NCBI GenBank assembly: GCA_046729255.1 | Contig: JBKPGF010000021.1 | Location: 39,064-103,063, forward strand | Reading direction: 5' to 3' | Origin: Actinomycetota bacterium | Lineage (GTDB): Bacteria > Actinomycetota > Thermoleophilia > Gaiellales > Gaiellaceae | DNA: 64,000 nt | Shown here: piece by piece, positions 60,492 through 64,000 of the stretch | Numbering within the stretch: the first letter of the stretch is position 1 | How the letters are laid out: the number at the start of each line of letters is the position of its first letter | The notes under the pieces: model-generated | Seen by the model: the letters and a program-made list of their open reading frames with translations, nothing else | The model's database searches: none | What the model was told of the DNA's origin: nothing | Made by a program: the position numbers and the translations under genes

Positions 60492-62080
60492 GCGATCTCG
60501 CGGAGCTGCGGAAGCTCGTGAGCGCGGCCTCGGCTTCGCTCGAGGCAAGCCGCACGCGCATCGACGATCTCAACGTCTACCCGGTGCCCGACGGCGACAC
60601 GGGCACGAACATGGCGCTGACGATGCGCGCCCTCGTCGAGGCGCTCGAGGCGGCCGAGGACGCGCCACGAACTGCACTGGCGCACACCGTCACGCGGGCG
60701 ACGCTCATGGGAGCGCGCGGCAACTCCGGCGTCATCCTCTCCCAGATGGTCCGCGGCGGGGCGGAAGTGCTCGGCGAGGTGGAGGCGGTCGATCCGCAGG
60801 CGGCTGCCAGGGCGCTGAGAGCCGCCAGCGACGCTGCGTACCGCGGCGTCCGCCATCCCGTCGAGGGCACGATCCTGACTGTCGTCCGGGAGATGGCCGA
60901 GGAGGCCGAGGCGCAGGCCGACTCGGCTGCCTCCCTCGGTGACCTGCTGAAGCCCGTCGTCGAGCGCGCGGAGGCGGCGCTCGCTCGGACGCCGGAGCTG
61001 CTCGACGTCCTCCGCGAGGCCAATGTCGTCGATGCCGGTGGCGCGGGGCTGGTCGAGATCGTGCGCGGTCTCCACGCCGCACTCACCGGTGAGGAGGTCC
61101 GGGCGGCTGCGCCGGTGACGGCGCTCGGCGTCGAAGCCATTCACCGCGAGCTGTCCGAGTTCCGCTACTGCACCGCGTTCCTCGTCGAGGGTGAAGGCCT
61201 CGACGGCGTTGCCCTCGAGCAGTTGCTCGGGAAGCTCGGCGACTCGCTGCTCGTGGTCGGCGACGAGTCGGCGCTGAAGGTGCACGTACACACGGACGAT
61301 CCCGGCGCGGCGCTGCGCCTCGGCACCGCGCGCGGGGTGATCTCGGGCGTAGAGATCGCCGACATGCACGTGCAGACCGCTCAGCGGGAAGAGCGGCTGA
61401 CCGCGACCTCGGCCGAGAAGGCCTCGGATCGGGTCTCGGACGTCGTTGCCGTCGTAGCCGGCGACGGAAACCGCCGCCTCTACGAGAGTCTCGGCGTGGC
61501 GCACGTCGTCGAGGGCGGTCAGTCGATGAACCCCTCCACGGCCGACATCGTCGAAGCCATCGAGCGCACCGGCGCGCGTGAGGTCGTCGTGCTGCCCAAC
61601 AACGGCAACGTCATCATGAGCGCGGAGCAGGCGATTGCTCTGGCCGGGAAGCCGGCACGCGTCGTGCCGACGCGGTCGATTCAGGCGGGGCTGTCGGCGT
61701 TGCTCGCGTTCGATCCCGCGTCGGCCTCGAGCGAGAACGAGGAGTCGATGCGGGAGGCCATCCGATCGGTCGCCACCGGCGCGGTCACGACAGCTTCGCG
61801 CGACGTCGAGCTCAACGGGCTCGAGGTGCGGGAAGGGGACTACCTCGGACTACTGGAGGACGAGCCCGTAGTCGGAGGCGAAAGCTTCGACGAGGTGGCC
61901 AGCGCAGTCATCGATGCGCTCCTGTCGTCGCCTCACGACACGATGACCGTGCTCACCGGGGCGGACGCGCCAGAGATCGGCGATCTCGTCGACGCCGTTA
62001 CCGTCCGGCACCCGGACGTCGAGGTGGACGTCCAGGCCGGTGGCCAGCCGCACTACCACCTGCTCATTGCGGCGGAATAG
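60488..62080 (+). CDS. DAK2 domain fusion protein (YloV-like)
   Basis: GTGA overlap with asp23. YPVPDGDTGTNM DAK2 motif and a DegV-like C-terminal half. Confidence 0.85.
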   Translation: MSDLAELRKLVSAASASLEASRTRIDDLNVYPVPDGDTGTNMALTMRALVEALEAAEDAPRTALAHTVTRATLMGARGNSGVILSQMVRGGAEVLGEVEAVDPQAAARALRAASDAAYRGVRHPVEGTILTVVREMAEEAEAQADSAASLGDLLKPVVERAEAALARTPELLDVLREANVVDAGGAGLVEIVRGLHAALTGEEVRAAAPVTALGVEAIHRELSEFRYCTAFLVEGEGLDGVALEQLLGKLGDSLLVVGDESALKVHVHTDDPGAALRLGTARGVISGVEIADMHVQTAQREERLTATSAEKASDRVSDVVAVVAGDGNRRLYESLGVAHVVEGGQSMNPSTADIVEAIERTGAREVVVLPNNGNVIMSAEQAIALAGKPARVVPTRSIQAGLSALLAFDPASASSENEESMREAIRSVATGAVTTASRDVELNGLEVREGDYLGLLEDEPVVGGESFDEVASAVIDALLSSPHDTMTVLTGADAPEIGDLVDAVTVRHPDVEVDVQAGGQPHYHLLIAAE

Positions 62081-62093
62081 AGTCCGCTGAGCC

Positions 62094-62954
62094 ATGGAGC
62101 TCACGGCCGTCAACACCGTCGTCGTCGTCGACTCCACAGCTGACTTCCCCGACGCGTCGGCGCGGTTTCCGAACTGGCGTGTCGTTCCGCTGTACGTGCT
62201 CTTCGGCGACGAGAGCTTTCGTGACTACGTCGAGCTGCCGGCCGCGGACTTCTATGCCCGCCTTCGCACGTCGCCCGTGATGCCGACCACCTCGCAGCCC
62301 ACACCCGGAGACTTCTCCACCGTTTACGACGACCTGTCGGGCTACGAGCGGATCTACTCCTTTCACCTGTCGGCCAAGTTCTCGGGCACGTGGGAGAGCG
62401 CGAAGCTCGGGGCGGGCGAGCGGGAGGGGAACCGCATTCGCGTCGTCGACACCGAGTCGGCGTCGCTCGGGATCACGCTGCTCGGCCTGGGCGTTCAGCG
62501 CCGTCTCGAGCGCGGTACGAGCGACGAGGAGATCGAGGCGCTCGTGGAGTCGTTCAAGCGCGACGCGGGGCTCGTCTTCACGGTGGAGACTCTCGAGTTC
62601 CTCGCTCGTGGCGGACGGATTGGACGTGCTGCGGCCTGGGCCGGTGAGCTGCTCTCGATCAAGCCCATCCTCACGATCGCGGACGGCGAGATCGTGCCTG
62701 TGAAGCGCGTCCGAGGGAACAAGAAGGCGTTCGCGGAGTTCCAACGGCAATTCGAGGAAGGGACCGTCGACCGCCCCTCGCTTCGGGTCGCGATCGCGCA
62801 CGCGGATGCACCCGACCGAGAGCAGGCGCTCCGCAGCATGGTCCGCGACGTGCGGCCGAGCGCGCAGATCGAGGCCGCGGGCATGCTCGGCCCCGTCGTC
62901 GGCACGCACGCCGGCCCGGGAGCTGTCGGCTTCTTCTACTGGGACGACCTGTAG
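62094..62954 (+). CDS. DegV family fatty-acid-binding protein
   Basis: 286 aa. VVVDSTADFP...TSQPTPGDF...HLSAKFSGT. Confidence 0.85.
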   Translation: MELTAVNTVVVVDSTADFPDASARFPNWRVVPLYVLFGDESFRDYVELPAADFYARLRTSPVMPTTSQPTPGDFSTVYDDLSGYERIYSFHLSAKFSGTWESAKLGAGEREGNRIRVVDTESASLGITLLGLGVQRRLERGTSDEEIEALVESFKRDAGLVFTVETLEFLARGGRIGRAAAWAGELLSIKPILTIADGEIVPVKRVRGNKKAFAEFQRQFEEGTVDRPSLRVAIAHADAPDREQALRSMVRDVRPSAQIEAAGMLGPVVGTHAGPGAVGFFYWDDL

Positions 62955-62977
62955 TCGTCGCCCTCCGAAGGCCCTCC

Positions 62978-62983
62978 TAGACT
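62978..62983 (+). promoter_or_regulatory. -10-like TAGACT, 7 nt before the recG GTG (leaderless signature)
   Basis: TAGACT-cctctcc-GTG(62991). Confidence 0.4.
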
Positions 62984-62990
62984 CCTCTCC

Positions 62991-64000
62991 GTGACTCGGC
63001 TGCCGACCGGCTTTGCCGCGCCGGACCAGCCGGCGGAGTGGGGGAGGCCAAAGGCCTCGTACGGGCCCGAGGCGCTCTCGCGCCCGCTCGAGACGCTGCG
63101 CGGCGTCGGGCCCACCGCGGCCCGCCGACTCGGCAAGCTCGGCCTCCACACGATCGACGATCTCCTCGGCCACGCGCCCCGGCGGTACGAGTCGGCCGCG
63201 CCGGAGCGCCGCATCGCCGATCTCCTGGCCGAGGAAGAGGTGGCGATCGCCGGCGTCGTTCGCGACGTGACCGTGCGCCGCCCGCGTCGCCGCCTGGCGA
63301 TCGTCCGCGCGCGCGTCCACGACGACTCCGGGGATGTGCCGGCGATCTGGTTCAACCAGGAGTGGCTGGCGACGAAGCTCGTCCCGGGCACGCCGATCCG
63401 TTTGCGCGGCCGCCTTCAGCGCGGCGAGTTCCAGGTGCGGGCGTATGACCTCGGCGACGCGCTCGCGACAGCCGATTTCGCACCTGTCTATCCGGCCGGC
63501 GAGGAGCTGACCCCGCAGCGGCTGCGGGCGCTCGTCGACCAGGCGCTGCCTGCGGCCCGCGGCGTGCCCGATCCATTGCCCGCGGAGCTCGGCCCTCGTC
63601 TCGAGCTGCCGCTCAAGGGCGACGCGCTCCACGCGTTGCACAAGCCGCGGTCGCTCGACGAGGCGGAGTCCGCGCGGCGGCGGCTGGCATTCGAAGAGCT
63701 GCTCGTGCTCCAGGCCGGGCTTGCGCGACGCCGCCAGGAGCGCAAGGACGACGCGGCCCGCGCGCTGCCGCCTCCCGGCGCACTCGTCGCCGCCTTGCGC
63801 GACGTGCTCCCGTTCACGCTGACCGCGGGCCAGGAAGGGTCGATCCGCGAGCTCGACGCGGACCTGCAACGAGCCGTGCCCATGGAGCGGTTGCTGCAGG
63901 GCGACGTGGGGTCCGGCAAGACGGTCGTCGCCGTCTATGCACTGCTGCGGGCCGTCGAGGCCGGCTACAGGGGAGCGCTCATGGCGCCGACGGAGACCCT
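62991..64000 (+). CDS. recG: ATP-dependent DNA helicase RecG (3' end outside window; not in the supplied ORF track)
   Basis: My own translation from GTG 62991: ...LETLRGVGPTAARRLGKLGLHTIDDLLGHAPRRYE...wedge/OB region...PFTLTAGQ...LLQGDVGSGKTVVA (Walker A). The frame is open to the window end. Confidence 0.85.
   Translation, partial: MTRLPTGFAAPDQPAEWGRPKASYGPEALSRPLETLRGVGPTAARRLGKLGLHTIDDLLGHAPRRYESAAPERRIADLLAEEEVAIAGVVRDVTVRRPRRRLAIVRARVHDDSGDVPAIWFNQEWLATKLVPGTPIRLRGRLQRGEFQVRAYDLGDALATADFAPVYPAGEELTPQRLRALVDQALPAARGVPDPLPAELGPRLELPLKGDALHALHKPRSLDEAESARRRLAFEELLVLQAGLARRRQERKDDAARALPPPGALVAALRDVLPFTLTAGQEGSIRELDADLQRAVPMERLLQGDVGSGKTVVAVYALLRAVEAGYRGALMAPTET

Noticed and set aside
1-64000. 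Defence island, prophage or other mobile element. The helicases PriA and RecG, the Holin-X-like gene and endonuclease V were considered as possible components.
   Set aside because: PriA and RecG sit in their canonical housekeeping contexts. No integrase, transposase, recombinase, tRNA attachment site, flanking direct repeats, restriction/abortive-infection-type genes or phage structural genes are present. The holin-like gene belongs to a family common in non-prophage actinobacterial loci.

Overview
High-GC (about 70% by eye) bacterial chromosomal segment. Gene content and order look like a core region of an Actinomycetota-like genome, possibly a deep-branching lineage; the taxon is inference only. 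Conserved blocks: tatAC-thrS-infC-rpmI-rplT-trmH, pheST, a 2-oxo-acid dehydrogenase E1ab/E2/E3 set, dnaE, lgt-scpAB, trpS, DAHPS-plsC-aroA-cmk-der-gpsA, metK, priA-def-fmt-rsmB-ribD-ribE-ribBA-ribH and rpmB-asp23-DAK2-degV-recG. I call about 63 protein genes at very high coding density. I found no rRNA or tRNA genes, CRISPR arrays, integrases or transposases, and no recognisable defence genes. Most long antisense or alternate-frame ORFs in the track are high-GC artefacts. I see no clear-cut novel system, and most of the window is housekeeping. The best candidate for something undescribed is an 8.7 kb accessory block (8990-17691) between trmH and pheST. It holds a tightly coupled five-gene minus-strand operon: SAM methyltransferase, LemA, an N-terminally truncated DUF2207 paralogue and two full-length DUF2207 paralogues. 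Each full-length paralogue ends in Gly13-Ala-Trp and is followed by a conserved 40-nt hairpin carrying a compensatory base-pair change. Next to the operon sits a secreted BNR/sialidase-like protein sandwiched between two paralogous methyltransferases. Other points worth a second look: (1) TANNNT-N6-8-start (leaderless-type) signatures at about 16 genes, including overlapping divergent -10 boxes shared by trpS and DAHP synthase. (2) A perfect 8-4-8 palindrome operator between a DtxR-family repressor and a ZIP transporter. (3) A 5-codon uORF coupled to the infC TTG start. (4) A roughly 140-aa acidic in-frame extension on lumazine synthase. (5) A rib operon with no room for an FMN riboswitch. (6) A tandem cupredoxin protein with one intact and one degenerate copper site. 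(7) An internally duplicated unknown protein coupled to Holin-X-like and DUF3618-like genes. (8) A pseudo-receiver-DUF3052 fusion. (9) A divergent endonuclease V. All start codons are predictions, and homology calls come from motif recognition by eye, not from searches.
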